Of a DNA stretch of 64,000 nt, positions 1-10,119 are shown piece after piece. Positions within the stretch are counted from its first letter, which is position 1. Each line of letters starts with the position of its first letter. A program made the translations under genes and the position numbers. The notes below the pieces were generated by a model. It worked only from the letters and a program-made list of their open reading frames with translations. It was not told the origin of the DNA and made no database searches. The DNA is from an uncultured Candidatus Saccharibacteria bacterium (GTDB lineage: Bacteria; Patescibacteriota; Dojkabacteria; J137). The stretch is from the NCBI GenBank assembly GCA_964607415.1, contig CAZSKK010000002.1, positions 73,991 to 137,990 of the forward strand, written 5' to 3'.

Positions 1-1510
1 GAAAGAATTGTAGAAATAATAGATGCATAAGTTGAAGGTCTTCCTATTCCCAATTCTTCCAACTTCTTTATTAATGTAGCCTCGCTAAACCTTGCAGGTG
101 GTTTTGTAAAATGTTGTTTACACAAAATATCGCTTGCATATAGTTCCTGACCTTTTTTAAGTTCTGGAAGAATATTTTCTGCTTGTTTTTCTCTTAAAAC
201 TTTTAAGAATCCGTCAAATAACACTCTTGAACCATTTGCTCTAAACCTATACTCATCAATAACAATATCTACTTGCAATGTTTCAAATAAAGCTGAACTC
301 ATTTGAGAAGCCATTGCCCTATTTCTAATTAAATCGTAAATCTTCTTTTCGTCCGTATCCAATCCTATCGCATCAGCTGTTAACTCAACATTTACAGGTC
401 TAATACATTCATGCGCTTCTTGAGCATTTTTTGACTTTGTTTTATAAATCAATGGTCTTTCTGGAACATACTTTGAACCGTATTTAGATTCAACAAATTT
501 TCTTGTTTTTGCAACTGCTTCATCAGACATTGTTACAGAATCAGTTCTCATATAAGTGATATGCCCATTTTCATAAAGCTTTTGAGCTATTGTCATTGTT
601 CTTTTTGCAGAAAATCCCAATGTGTTAACCGCAGCCTGTTGTAACGTGCTTGTTATGAATGGAGGTTTAGCATTTCTAGCCTGATTCGATTTAGTAACTG
701 AGTCTATGATCCATTTAGAGTTTTTAATCTTACCCACAACTTCTTCACTACTTGTTTTATTTGGAAGCTCGGCCTTCTTGCCCTTTACCTCAACTAGTGA
801 AAATTTAATACCTTGCTTGTCTTTAAAGCTTATTTCTTCCTCCTCTTCGCTTACCTCCTTTTCAATATTTACAAAGTTGATTTCAATCTTTGATTTTTTT
901 TCTTCGTGTAAAAGACTATCAATGCTCCAATATTCTTTAGCATCAAAGGCTTCGCGTTCAATTTCTTTCTCAACAACTAGTCTAACCGCAGCGGATTGAA
1001 CCCTACCTGCTGAAAGACCAAAAGAAATCTTTTTCCATAGTAGCGGTGAAAGTTTATAACCTACAAGCCTATCCAGGATTCTTCGTGCTTGCTGTGAGTT
1101 AACAAGATCCATATTTAAATCTCTTGGAGAATTTATGGCTTCTTCTATAGCTTTTTTTGAAATCTCGTGGAAAACAATTCTTTCAAGCTTATTTCCTGCT
1201 TTGATTTTATTTTTTGAATCAAGTGCTCCTAATTTTTGCGCAATGTGCCACCCAATGGCTTCCCCTTCTCTATCCATATCCACAGCCAGTATAAGTTTAT
1301 CTGCATTTTTATAAGCATCCTTGAGCTTCTTTAAAGAATCCTTTTTAGTTACAACATAATTAGGTTTAAAGTTATGTTCAACATCAACCCCAATATCAGA
1401 TTTAGGAAGGTCAATAACATGACCTTTAGAAGCTATAACTTCATAGCTTTTGCCAAGGTATTTTTTTATTGTTTTTGCTTTTGATGGTGATTCTACAACA
1501 ACTAAATTCA
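1..1510 (-). CDS. topA: DNA topoisomerase I, N-terminal part; the C-terminus lies beyond the window edge
   Basis: Reverse translation from ATG at about 1508-1510 gives MNLVVVESPSKAKTIKKYLG...DMDREGEAIGWHI..., a Toprim/TopA N-terminus. The ORF runs off the window start, so it is absent from the supplied track. The dprA-topA adjacency is common. Confidence 0.8.
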
Positions 1511-1515
1511 TAAAA

Positions 1516-2667
1516 TTATGCTAATTCATAATTACCGTAAATATTTTTTCTAATTAAATCTTTTAACTCTAAAACGCTGCACACACTTGTTACTTTATCT
1601 ATAGTCCAGTTTAGCTCTAAACTCAAATCCATCTCGTTTAAGGTTTTCAAGGCTATAAAAGAGTACACGTCGGATTCATCTTTTGTCAAGCTTTCCAAAA
1701 ATTTATTATTCTTAACCTTACCCCCAATCTCATCTGTAGAATAACCTAATTCCTCTAAAATGTCATCAGCGTTTGTTACTAACTTAGCCTTTGAGTTCTT
1801 TATTAAATCATTAGAACCTTTTGCATTTTCAGTAAAAATACTTCCAGGTATACAAAAAACATCTTTATTATAGTCAAGCGCAAGATCAGCTGTAATTAAA
1901 CTTCCGCTTTTATTTGGAGCTTCAATTACTAATGTTGCCATAGAAATTCCAGCAACTAATCTATTACGCTCTGCAAACATTCCAGCAACAACATTTGTGT
2001 TAGGCAAGTATTCTGAAATTATAACTCCACCAGAATCAAGAATCTGATTATAGATTGAAATGTTACCTTTAGGCAAGCAGTTGTCTACCGATCCTGCTAA
2101 AATTGCAGCAGTATACCCACCATTATGGAATGTTGACTTGTGTGCCTCTGCATCAATACCAAATGCTAGACCACTTACAATACAAAATCCGTTTTGACTT
2201 AATTGAGAACAAATAAAATTTGCTGCTTTTTTGCCGTACTCGGTAATTTTCCTTGTCCCAACTACCGAAATTGATTTATCAAGGGTTTCTTTTTTATAAT
2301 TCCCTTTGTAAAAAATGATAATTGGTGGGTCAGGCATGTTTCTTAGCCCTGAAGGAAATCCATCTTCCCAAAAACATAAATAACTTATACATCTTCTTTC
2401 CAATTCCTTTTCCAACTTGTATATTTCAGGTTCTGAACTTATTGCATTTACAATTTTAAGTTTTACATCGTCAGAGATATCCGATTCCTTGTACTGTAGG
2501 ACTATTTGGTCCAAATCACCATAAAAATCAAAAAGAGTTTTGACTGACTTTCTTCCTAAGCCCTTCTGATTTATAAGTGCTAAAGTTAACCTTCTTTTTT
2601 GTTCTATTGATAAATTTCTCACATTAGCAATTTTAAAAGCATTCTGCTGGAAAATCGGCATTAACAC
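1516..2667 (-). CDS. dprA: DNA processing protein A (DprA/Smf)
   Basis: 383 aa. Rossmann-like DprA core with a GLAFGIDAEAH-type motif. Sits immediately upstream of topA, as in many bacteria. Confidence 0.8.
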   Translation of the reverse strand: MLMPIFQQNAFKIANVRNLSIEQKRRLTLALINQKGLGRKSVKTLFDFYGDLDQIVLQYKESDISDDVKLKIVNAISSEPEIYKLEKELERRCISYLCFWEDGFPSGLRNMPDPPIIIFYKGNYKKETLDKSISVVGTRKITEYGKKAANFICSQLSQNGFCIVSGLAFGIDAEAHKSTFHNGGYTAAILAGSVDNCLPKGNISIYNQILDSGGVIISEYLPNTNVVAGMFAERNRLVAGISMATLVIEAPNKSGSLITADLALDYNKDVFCIPGSIFTENAKGSNDLIKNSKAKLVTNADDILEELGYSTDEIGGKVKNNKFLESLTKDESDVYSFIALKTLNEMDLSLELNWTIDKVTSVCSVLELKDLIRKNIYGNYELA

Positions 2668-4435
2668 ATGCCAAATAATTTCCTAGATAAGGAGCCATGT
2701 AGTAACTACCAGGTCCAAATATAGAAAACATTACGAAGGAATAGGACTTACCTTTTTTGTCAAACGTTCCTATAATCCAACTGTTAGTTCTTGGATATGC
2801 AATTCCATCAATAATCTCGAAGGTTTCTGCCGTACCAGTTTTTACCCTTAAATTTATTGGTAAATCATTTAAAAATCCATACACAAAACTTTCTGGATTA
2901 TGCGCAGTTCCATACATTCCTGAAAGAATCAATTCTCTACTCTCCTCACTCATAGGTATGGTTTTTTGTACTGTTGGTCCGTAATTTTCGATCTTGCTTT
3001 TATCAAACTCTTCAACAGATTTGATTAGATGTGGAGTATAATAAATTCCCTGATTATTGATACTTGATGCGACCATTACCATCTGGATTGGTGTCGTAAC
3101 AACCGACCCTTGCCCAATTGTCGCATTACATGTATCTCCACTAAACCAACGCTGATTGAAAGTATTCATTTTATATTCAGGAGAATCCATATTCCCTGTA
3201 ACTTCCCCAGAAATGTTAACTCCGGTTAAACCACCAATATTAAATAGCCTTGCCGTTTCGACAAATCTATTGATTCCATAATTTTTCTCAAGTTCAAGCA
3301 TGTAATTACAAAAGAATACATTACTGGATTTATAAATAGCTCTTTCTATATTCATTTCTCCGTAAAAAAGTTTATTAAATTCGCAAAACTCACTGCCCGG
3401 GAAATAGATGCACCTATTAGAATAATAAATTGAATTCCTGTCTATAATATTGTTTTCAAGTAAAGTATAGGCAGAAATCACTTTAAAAATTGATCCAGGA
3501 GTGGCTTGTGCGCCTATTGCTTTATCCGAGAGTGGCTTTTTATAATCGTTTAACAACGATTGATAATAATTGAAATCTAGTCCTTGCGAAACTTTATTTG
3601 TATCAAAGCCTGGATAACTAGTCATTGCGATAACTTCACCTGTTTCATTATCAACAACTATTCCCGCACCTCCTGGAGTATTATATGTTTCAATGTAGTC
3701 TTTCAATACTCTATAAAAAGATCTTTGCCAGTTGCTATCAATTGTTAAAACTATATTCTTTCCTGGTTGCCCCTGCTGTTCTGTAATTACATCCCCTGTT
3801 TTTGCAACTTTTCCTTTTACGCCTTTTAATTGTTCTTCTAAATCCTTCTCAAGTTTATACTTACCAAGCTGATCGTTAATACTATAATTATTTTTTAGGT
3901 CTTCTTCACTAGCTATACCTGTATACCCAAGTATATGAGCAAATTCTTCAGGAAAAGCATACTCTCTTTTGTAGCCTGAGTTAAAATAAATGTAGCTATC
4001 TTGGCTAAAAGATTCCTTTAATTGATAGCTTTCTTCTGCAGATAGATTAAATAGCAACCTTACATCTTTTTCTTTTGTCAATTCTAAGTTAGCTCTTAGT
4101 GCAACTTTATCTACTGATAGCGTTTTTTCAATTTTTTCCACAATAGCTTCCTTGGTTTCTGAGGAGTAGTTATTCTGTTTGATAAACATATCATACTTGA
4201 TCACATTTTGTACTAATGGGATACCATTTCTATCAAAAAAAAGCCCACGTTCTGGTTGAAAATAGTTTTGAATAACATTTAGCGATTTTGCTTTGGCATC
4301 GTAGGAACTTCCATTTAAAGCCTGTATATTAAAAAGACTTACAAACAGAATTACAGCCAAAAGCGTAAAAGCAATAAATAAACCCAGAGGCTTTGAATGC
4401 ATAGCCTTAACCTTTGGACTATTTATAGTTTCCAA
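2633..4435 (-). CDS. mrdA: Penicillin-binding protein 2 family transpeptidase
   Basis: 600 aa with an N-terminal TM segment. Shows SXXK (GSIFKV), SXN (KSSN) and KTG (KTGTA) motifs. Lies directly downstream of mreB. Confidence 0.8.
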   Translation of the reverse strand: METINSPKVKAMHSKPLGLFIAFTLLAVILFVSLFNIQALNGSSYDAKAKSLNVIQNYFQPERGLFFDRNGIPLVQNVIKYDMFIKQNNYSSETKEAIVEKIEKTLSVDKVALRANLELTKEKDVRLLFNLSAEESYQLKESFSQDSYIYFNSGYKREYAFPEEFAHILGYTGIASEEDLKNNYSINDQLGKYKLEKDLEEQLKGVKGKVAKTGDVITEQQGQPGKNIVLTIDSNWQRSFYRVLKDYIETYNTPGGAGIVVDNETGEVIAMTSYPGFDTNKVSQGLDFNYYQSLLNDYKKPLSDKAIGAQATPGSIFKVISAYTLLENNIIDRNSIYYSNRCIYFPGSEFCEFNKLFYGEMNIERAIYKSSNVFFCNYMLELEKNYGINRFVETARLFNIGGLTGVNISGEVTGNMDSPEYKMNTFNQRWFSGDTCNATIGQGSVVTTPIQMVMVASSINNQGIYYTPHLIKSVEEFDKSKIENYGPTVQKTIPMSEESRELILSGMYGTAHNPESFVYGFLNDLPINLRVKTGTAETFEIIDGIAYPRTNSWIIGTFDKKGKSYSFVMFSIFGPGSYYMAPYLGNYLACVNADFPAECF

Positions 4436-4494
4436 ACTATCAATTTTAAAAACCTTTAAATTTTTAGTTATTTTTGGTCTTTATAACAACTAAA

Positions 4495-5541
4495 CTATTT
4501 AAGTATAAGATCCTTTACTTGAACTTTCTCTAACAGTTGGGGATTTTGCATTAAAACTTGTAAGCCTCTTAGCACAGAAAAATTAGGATCATTATCTAAT
4601 TTTACTGGCATTTTTAGTTTTCTCGAAAGAAATTTATCCAGATTTTTTATCTGAGCACCACCTCCCGAGAGCGTTAATCCTTCAGATAAAAGATCTGAAA
4701 CAATTTCAGGTGGGGATTTTTCAATAGCATCTCTTATTGCCATTGTGATTTCATCTACTACAGGCATCAATGCCTCACTAGCTTCTACGGTTGAAAATTC
4801 CACAGCTTTAGGCAGACCGGAAAGCATATCCTGCCCTTTTATATTCATTGTTTCAATTTTGCTTGGAAGTACATCTCCAATTTGAATCTTTGCATCTTCT
4901 GCCATTTTAATACCTATCTTCAAATTATATTTGTTTTTAATATAATCTAAAATAGACTTATCCATTTCGTCACCAGCTACATTTATTGTATTATCTACAA
5001 CAACTCCACCCAAAGACATTACTGCTATATCAGTTGTTCCACCTCCAATATCAACAATCATAGATCCGCTAGCATCTTCTATTTTAAGATCAGCCCCAAT
5101 TGCACTTGCAACAGGTTCTTCTACAATATAAACTTTTCTAGCCCCTGCTGATTTAGCTGCATCAACAACTGCATTAATCTCAACTTCTGTAATCAAAGAT
5201 GGAACTCCTACTATCACTCGTGTTATTGCCATGCTCTTAAAAAAACCATTTTTATCTTTAACTTTATTAATGAAAAATCTTATCATAGCCTCAGTTGCAT
5301 CAAAATCAGAAATTACACCATCTTTTAACGGTTGAGTTGCAACAATTGTACCTGGAGTCCTTCCAATCATTTGTCTGGCATCTACACCTACAGCAAGAAT
5401 TTGCCTTGTGATTGTATTAAAAGCAACAACAGATGGCTCTCGAATAAGGTTTTTAGAACCTTTAACAGCAACTCTAATATTAGCTGTCCCTAAATCAATA
5501 GCTATGTCTTGAAAAAGTGAATTAAACATACGAAAATCCAA
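4495..5541 (-). CDS. mreB: Rod-shape-determining actin homologue MreB
   Basis: 348 aa with DLGTANIRV..., DIGGGTTDIAV and the actin-fold phosphate loops. Confidence 0.9.
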   Translation of the reverse strand: MDFRMFNSLFQDIAIDLGTANIRVAVKGSKNLIREPSVVAFNTITRQILAVGVDARQMIGRTPGTIVATQPLKDGVISDFDATEAMIRFFINKVKDKNGFFKSMAITRVIVGVPSLITEVEINAVVDAAKSAGARKVYIVEEPVASAIGADLKIEDASGSMIVDIGGGTTDIAVMSLGGVVVDNTINVAGDEMDKSILDYIKNKYNLKIGIKMAEDAKIQIGDVLPSKIETMNIKGQDMLSGLPKAVEFSTVEASEALMPVVDEITMAIRDAIEKSPPEIVSDLLSEGLTLSGGGAQIKNLDKFLSRKLKMPVKLDNDPNFSVLRGLQVLMQNPQLLEKVQVKDLILK

Positions 5542-5637
5542 TTTTTAAATAAATCTAATTTTTAAAACTGTTTGAAAATTAAAAAATTGCAAAATTAATT
5601 AATTGTTTCTAGGTGATTATACCTTTATTTGTTGGGG

Positions 5638-5662
5638 CAAAACAGTGTAATTAAGCTGTTTT
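5638..5662 (-). terminator. Hairpin (aaaacag...ctgtttt) downstream of the tRNA cluster; possible terminator
   Basis: Inverted repeat immediately 3' of tRNA-Thr(GGT) on the minus strand, with T residues continuing past the stem. Confidence 0.3.
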
Positions 5663-5688
5663 GAAGATTTTATTCATTGGTAAGAAAA

Positions 5689-5761
5689 AGCCGCTGTGCA
5701 GGATCGAACTGCAGACCTTTCCCTTACCATGGGAATGCTCTACCAGCTGAGCTACAGCGGC
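5689..5761 (-). tRNA. tRNA-Thr (anticodon GGT)
   Basis: Minus-strand cloverleaf GCCGCTGTAGCTCAGCTGGTAGAGC...TTCCC-ATGGTAA-GGGAA...GGTCTGCAGTTCGATCCTGCA CAGCGGC. The 7-bp acceptor stem pairs fully. Confidence 0.8.
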
Positions 5762-5776
5762 GGGCAAATTTTAATT

Positions 5777-5862
5777 TTCCGGAGAGAAGGATTTGAACCT
5801 CCGTAACCCTAAGGGTGCCTGATTTACAGTCAGGTGCGATTGACCACTCCGCCATCTCCGGG
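5777..5862 (-). tRNA. tRNA-Tyr (anticodon GTA), class II with long variable arm
   Basis: Minus strand ...GGCGGAGTGGTCAATCGCACCTGA-CTGTAAA-TCAGGCACCCTTAGGGTTACGGAGGTTCAAATCCTCC..., with the long variable arm typical of bacterial tRNA-Tyr. Confidence 0.8.
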
Positions 5863-5966
5863 TAATAAGCAATAATTTAAGTATAAGTTAAGTAAATATT
5901 TATATTCTCAACAGCATAATATGCTGTTTCATACTATTGCTATCGCTTACACTATTGCTAATTCTA

Positions 5967-6039
5967 AGCCACTCGTCAGACTCGAACTGACGACCCGCTG
6001 TTTACAAAACAGCTGCTCTACCAACTGAGCTAGAGTGGC
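5967..6039 (-). tRNA. tRNA-Thr (anticodon TGT)
   Basis: Minus strand GCCACTCTAGCTCAGTTGGTAGAGCAGCTGT-TTTGTAA-ACAGCGGGTCGTCAGTTCGAGTCTGACGAGTGGCT. Order Thr(TGT)-Tyr-Thr(GGT) resembles the enterobacterial thrU-tyrU-(glyT)-thrT cluster. Confidence 0.8.
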
Positions 6040-6258
6040 GGATTTTGTTTAAATCTGTAGATTAAAATATCACAGATCTTGCTATTGCTCAACAGAAAAT
6101 ATTTAAGTATAATTGATTACTTTTAAAAGAGCACTAGAAGTATAACAAAAAATCTTTAAAAATTACAAAGCAAACTACTAGAAAAATAATTAATAGTTTG
6201 CCACAATATAGATTTTTTGTGCTAAAATAACTTCGTTTAATTTAAGAAAGAGAAAATC

Positions 6259-6513
6259 ATGGCTAAAAAATGCGACCTAACAGGAAAAAAAACAGTTTTT
6301 GGTGGAAATAGAAAGCACAGAAGAGGATCTTCAGGAGGAGGAGGTAAATGGAGATTTAAAGCCCAAAGAACTTCTAGAAAATGGGAGCCTAATTTAAGAA
6401 CTGTTAGAGTAATCGCTAACGGCGTCCCTCAGACGATCAAAGTATCCATGAAGGCTTACAAAAAAATAAAAGAATTCCCAACAAGCAAAAACGGAAGAAT
6501 CATTTTAGACTAA
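6259..6513 (+). CDS. rpmB: 50S ribosomal protein L28
   Basis: 84 aa, MAKKCDLTGKK...NLRTVRV...: the L28 signature. Confidence 0.85.
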   Translation: MAKKCDLTGKKTVFGGNRKHRRGSSGGGGKWRFKAQRTSRKWEPNLRTVRVIANGVPQTIKVSMKAYKKIKEFPTSKNGRIILD

Positions 6514-6517
6514 CTAA

Positions 6518-7234
6518 ATGATAATTTTTGGAAAAAATACAGTATTGGAGGCTTTAAGATCTGATTTTAATTCAGAAGAAGTTTTTGTGGATAACACTTC
6601 AGACAAATCCAATAAAATCCCTGAAATAATAGCTATCGCTAAAACCAAAAACGTAAAAGTAACTTTTCTTGGAAACAGGCAATTAAGTAAAATCGCGGGA
6701 ACCGAAGATCATCAAAGTGTTGCATTAAAAGTTGATTACAAGCCCTACCCTTCACTAAAAAAGTTTTCAGATAGTAATTTAATCGAAGGCTCATTTATAT
6801 ACATATATGATTCTCAACTAACACATAATATTGGTGCAATAACCAGAAGTGCCGAATGCGCTGGCTTAAAAGGTGTAATTTTACCACACAAGATCGATAT
6901 TACTCCTGCAAATGCAAAAACATCGGTTGGAAGCATTTTTAATATTCCAATTATTAACGAATCGATATTTGAAACAATTAAGACATTTAAGCATAATGGT
7001 TACAAAATATTTGCAATAGAAAGAGGTGGAGAAAATTATTTTGATCAAGACATTTCAGGCGATTGTCTATTTATAATTGGTGGTGAGGATAAGTCCCTGG
7101 GTAACAACATCCTTGAAAGATGTGATGCAGTTTTGACAATTCCACAATTTGGAAAAGTAAACTCTTTAAATATGAGTGTCGCTGCCAGTATAATAATGTA
7201 TGAGCATGTGAGACAGAGACTGACCAATTCTTAA
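6518..7234 (+). CDS. SpoU/TrmH-family RNA 2'-O-methyltransferase (RlmB-like)
   Basis: 238 aa. SPOUT fold with ...AIERGGENY..., ...FIIGGEDKSL... and ...NSLNMSVAASIIMYE... motifs. Confidence 0.75.
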   Translation: MIIFGKNTVLEALRSDFNSEEVFVDNTSDKSNKIPEIIAIAKTKNVKVTFLGNRQLSKIAGTEDHQSVALKVDYKPYPSLKKFSDSNLIEGSFIYIYDSQLTHNIGAITRSAECAGLKGVILPHKIDITPANAKTSVGSIFNIPIINESIFETIKTFKHNGYKIFAIERGGENYFDQDISGDCLFIIGGEDKSLGNNILERCDAVLTIPQFGKVNSLNMSVAASIIMYEHVRQRLTNS

Positions 7235-7330
7235 ATTTTTTAATTTTTGAAACTTAGTTCATGTTTCAAAAATTAAGTTTATTCAAAAATTCAGAAATTT
7301 TCTTAGATCTTAATTCTTAATTCAAAAATT

Positions 7331-8089
7331 GTGTTCAAAGAAGAAGGTAGAACTTGGCTATACTTCATAGGAATAATAATAATGTTTGGTATTTTAATTA
7401 CCATCAGTTCTGACGTACTAGTACCATTCATTTACGGAAGAAGATCAATAGACCTAACCCCAAATGATTTTAATGATGCACCTAACTTTACACTTGACTT
7501 AAGTAAGGATTACCTTGCAAATATTGTTACAAATTATGGAACAATAACCCTTGATTTATATGAAGATAGGGCACCTCAGAATGTGAACAACTTTGTTTAT
7601 CTTTCCAACGAAGGCTACTATTCTAGGACCAAATTCCATAGGCTTATTAGCGATTTTTTACTTCAAGGTGGAGACAGGAACACACTAGATGAAGAAGACG
7701 GAAATGATGGAAAAGGAAGACCAAACTATCTAATTAAAGATGAAATAAATTGGGATAGTCTGGATCTGAATCAGAGTATACGAAATGAGCTTTCCAGTAA
7801 AGGATATTCTTCCACTCCAGGCATCGAAACTCTTAAATTCGAGCGATTCAGTGTTGGAATGGCTAATGCTGGAGCTAATACAAACGGTTCTCAATTTTTT
7901 ATTATAATTGCAAATTTTGATGATCCTAGAATTCAAGAACTTGATGGAAGGTTTACGCCAATTGGAAAGATAATAAGCGGTGGAATTGTATTAACGGAGA
8001 TTTCACAAATTCCCACAGAAGAAAAAAATAGTCAACCTACCCCTACCAAGGATATTGTTATAGAAAGAATAGAAATCTATAACAGATAG
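7331..8089 (+). CDS. Cyclophilin-type peptidyl-prolyl cis-trans isomerase with an N-terminal membrane anchor
   Basis: Cyclophilin core HRLISDFLLQGGD...FSVGMANAGANTNGSQFFI. N-terminal hydrophobic segment. Likely GTG start at 7331. Confidence 0.8.
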   Translation: MFKEEGRTWLYFIGIIIMFGILITISSDVLVPFIYGRRSIDLTPNDFNDAPNFTLDLSKDYLANIVTNYGTITLDLYEDRAPQNVNNFVYLSNEGYYSRTKFHRLISDFLLQGGDRNTLDEEDGNDGKGRPNYLIKDEINWDSLDLNQSIRNELSSKGYSSTPGIETLKFERFSVGMANAGANTNGSQFFIIIANFDDPRIQELDGRFTPIGKIISGGIVLTEISQIPTEEKNSQPTPTKDIVIERIEIYNR

Positions 8090-8146
8090 TACATTTCCCC
8101 CCAACAAAACGATATCTCTGAGATTACTTAATTTATTAGGTTAGTC

Positions 8147-8710
8147 TTGATGAGCAAATTTTTTAGTAAACTCAGCAAAATTCTTATATGTGCACTGTTT
8201 ATAAGTTCAGTAATAGTTTTAATACTAAGTTTTTACTTCACATTTCAAAGTGATGGTAAGTTAGTTTTTACAAAAGAAGTCCCAAAAGAAAGTGCGTTGT
8301 TAAAAAACTATGCTTATATATCTGGTCAAGTTAATAATCCTGGCGTCTATGAAATAAATTCAGCTACAAGAGTCATAGATTTGATCAATCTTGCGGCCGG
8401 TTTTACCGAAAATGCTGATCCTGATTATATTAACAACGAGTTAAATTTATCACGAAAAGTTCAAAATGAAGATCATATATTTATCAATTCAAAGATCACA
8501 AACAGTTCTCAACCCTCCAAAACAAGCAATCTTATAAATTTAAATACCGCAACAATTTCTGAACTCATGCAATTACCAGGTATTGGTGAATCTACCGGGC
8601 AAAAAATCATTGAAAATAGACCTTATTTATCTATCGAGGAGTTATTAGATGTTCCAGGCATTGGAGAATCAAAATTTAATCAAGTTAAACACTTAGTTTC
8701 GCTAGAATGA
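8147..8710 (+). CDS. comEA: Competence protein ComEA (SLBB domain plus tandem helix-hairpin-helix)
   Basis: 187 aa. N-terminal TM, then ...LNTATISELMQLPGIGESTGQKIIENRPY...LLDVPGIGESKF..., a HhH DNA-binding motif. Confidence 0.8.
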   Translation: MMSKFFSKLSKILICALFISSVIVLILSFYFTFQSDGKLVFTKEVPKESALLKNYAYISGQVNNPGVYEINSATRVIDLINLAAGFTENADPDYINNELNLSRKVQNEDHIFINSKITNSSQPSKTSNLINLNTATISELMQLPGIGESTGQKIIENRPYLSIEELLDVPGIGESKFNQVKHLVSLE

Positions 8711-10119
8711 TCACATCGTTGTTTCTAAAACTTCTTATTCTAAGAAGGTATTTTAACAATCACCTGGCCTTAAATATCTCCATGGGCTTTATTATTGGAA
8801 GCTTAATTTTTCAATATCAACCCTTTGGGCTTATTTTGTTACTCTTTTGGTGCGGAATAAACTTCAGGTTATCTCTTATATTATTGGTATTTTCAGTGGT
8901 TTTTGGTTTTTACTATTCACAAATCTATATAAAAACCATCATTTTTCAAAACAAAAGCTATACAGCTTTAGATTCTGTAGAGCTTGTTGTTGCTTCTGCG
9001 CCTGTTCAAAAAGAATTCGGCACAGAGGCAATTGTAAAACTTAAAGGTGTCAAAGGAAACGCTCTTGCTATTTTTCCAAAATATAGCAAAGTTTCTATTG
9101 GAGATAATATAAAAGCTAACATTAAGTTTTTAGAAATAAACTTTGATGATAGCTACGGTAAATTTCTAATGTCACAGAAAATTTTTAATAAACTTGAAGT
9201 TAATAGATTTGAAATCACAGACAGCAAAACTAGCCTAAGCTCTATTGGATTTAGAATAAGCAAAAAATTTACTGAAAGCTCAAGCATGTATCTAAACGAA
9301 CCATACCTATCACTATTTAATGGTATAACTATTGGTAAAGACAACTTCAGCAAAGATTATAGCCAAAAAATAACTGCTTCAGGATTATCACATATATTAG
9401 CCGTTTCTGGATTCAACCTACTTCTGAGCTTTAATATTCTTTTGCGATTATCAGGGAAATTTAATCGAAAAAAACTAACTATAACCTCATGCTTATTTAT
9501 TTTTTCATATTTACTAGTTGTAGGTTTAAATAACTTGACGGCTTTACGTGCATTTATTGTAATAGTTCTGTTTTTAATAAGCTCCATTTATGGAAGAAAG
9601 TCCACACAGCAATCTATTTTAGCTTATAGCCTTGTGCTTCTTATTCTGATTTACCCGTATTATCTATCAAATATCAGCATTCAACTTTCAATTTCAGCTG
9701 CCCTTGGGATTATTTATTTTAAAGAACCGCTTAGCAGCAGGTTGCATCATCTGATAAAAAATAGTGTTTTATTAGACCTTATAGCAACATCGCTTGCAGC
9801 CTATTTTGCGACCCTACCCGTCATCCATCTTGCATTTCAAGAAAGCTCTGTAGCAGGGCTTATTACAAATATACTTGTACTACCATTAATTCCGTTTATA
9901 ACAATCTATGGGATACTGACTGAAATTTTAAGCCTTGCAGGTATTGAGCCTCTCAACAGGTTTATGTTTATAATAATCTATCCATTTATTTATTATATAG
10001 ATCTAATAATCCATGGCAGCTTTGAACTTGGATTACCAAATCTAAAGGGTTTAGGGCTCTTGCTTCCATACTTATTACTTTTTACTTACTTAATAATAGT
10101 TAAATCTAAAAATGAATAA
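8707..10119 (+). CDS. comEC: ComEC/Rec2 DNA-uptake channel: DUF4131 and competence domains only (membrane part)
   Basis: 470 aa polytopic membrane protein with the ComEC competence-domain motif ...ASGLSHILAVSGFNL... Confidence 0.8.
   Translation: MITSLFLKLLILRRYFNNHLALNISMGFIIGSLIFQYQPFGLILLLFWCGINFRLSLILLVFSVVFGFYYSQIYIKTIIFQNKSYTALDSVELVVASAPVQKEFGTEAIVKLKGVKGNALAIFPKYSKVSIGDNIKANIKFLEINFDDSYGKFLMSQKIFNKLEVNRFEITDSKTSLSSIGFRISKKFTESSSMYLNEPYLSLFNGITIGKDNFSKDYSQKITASGLSHILAVSGFNLLLSFNILLRLSGKFNRKKLTITSCLFIFSYLLVVGLNNLTALRAFIVIVLFLISSIYGRKSTQQSILAYSLVLLILIYPYYLSNISIQLSISAALGIIYFKEPLSSRLHHLIKNSVLLDLIATSLAAYFATLPVIHLAFQESSVAGLITNILVLPLIPFITIYGILTEILSLAGIEPLNRFMFIIIYPFIYYIDLIIHGSFELGLPNLKGLGLLLPYLLLFTYLIIVKSKNE

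Noticed and set aside
706-999. Plus-strand 97-aa ORF.
   Set aside because: It is antisense within the topA coding region and has a low-complexity Ser/Leu-rich product, typical of an AT-rich antisense frame.
5907-5930. Interpreting the tRNA-adjacent palindromes as ordinary rho-independent terminators.
   Set aside because: They lack a downstream U-tract on the tRNA-coding (minus) strand, occur in pairs flanking tRNA fragments, and recur with conserved flanks. A repeat-element or recombination-site interpretation fits better.
8847-9587. Short ORFs (8847..9044 +, 9153..9353 -, 9357..9587 -) inside comEC.
   Set aside because: They are alternative-frame or antisense ORFs nested in a well-supported membrane-protein gene.
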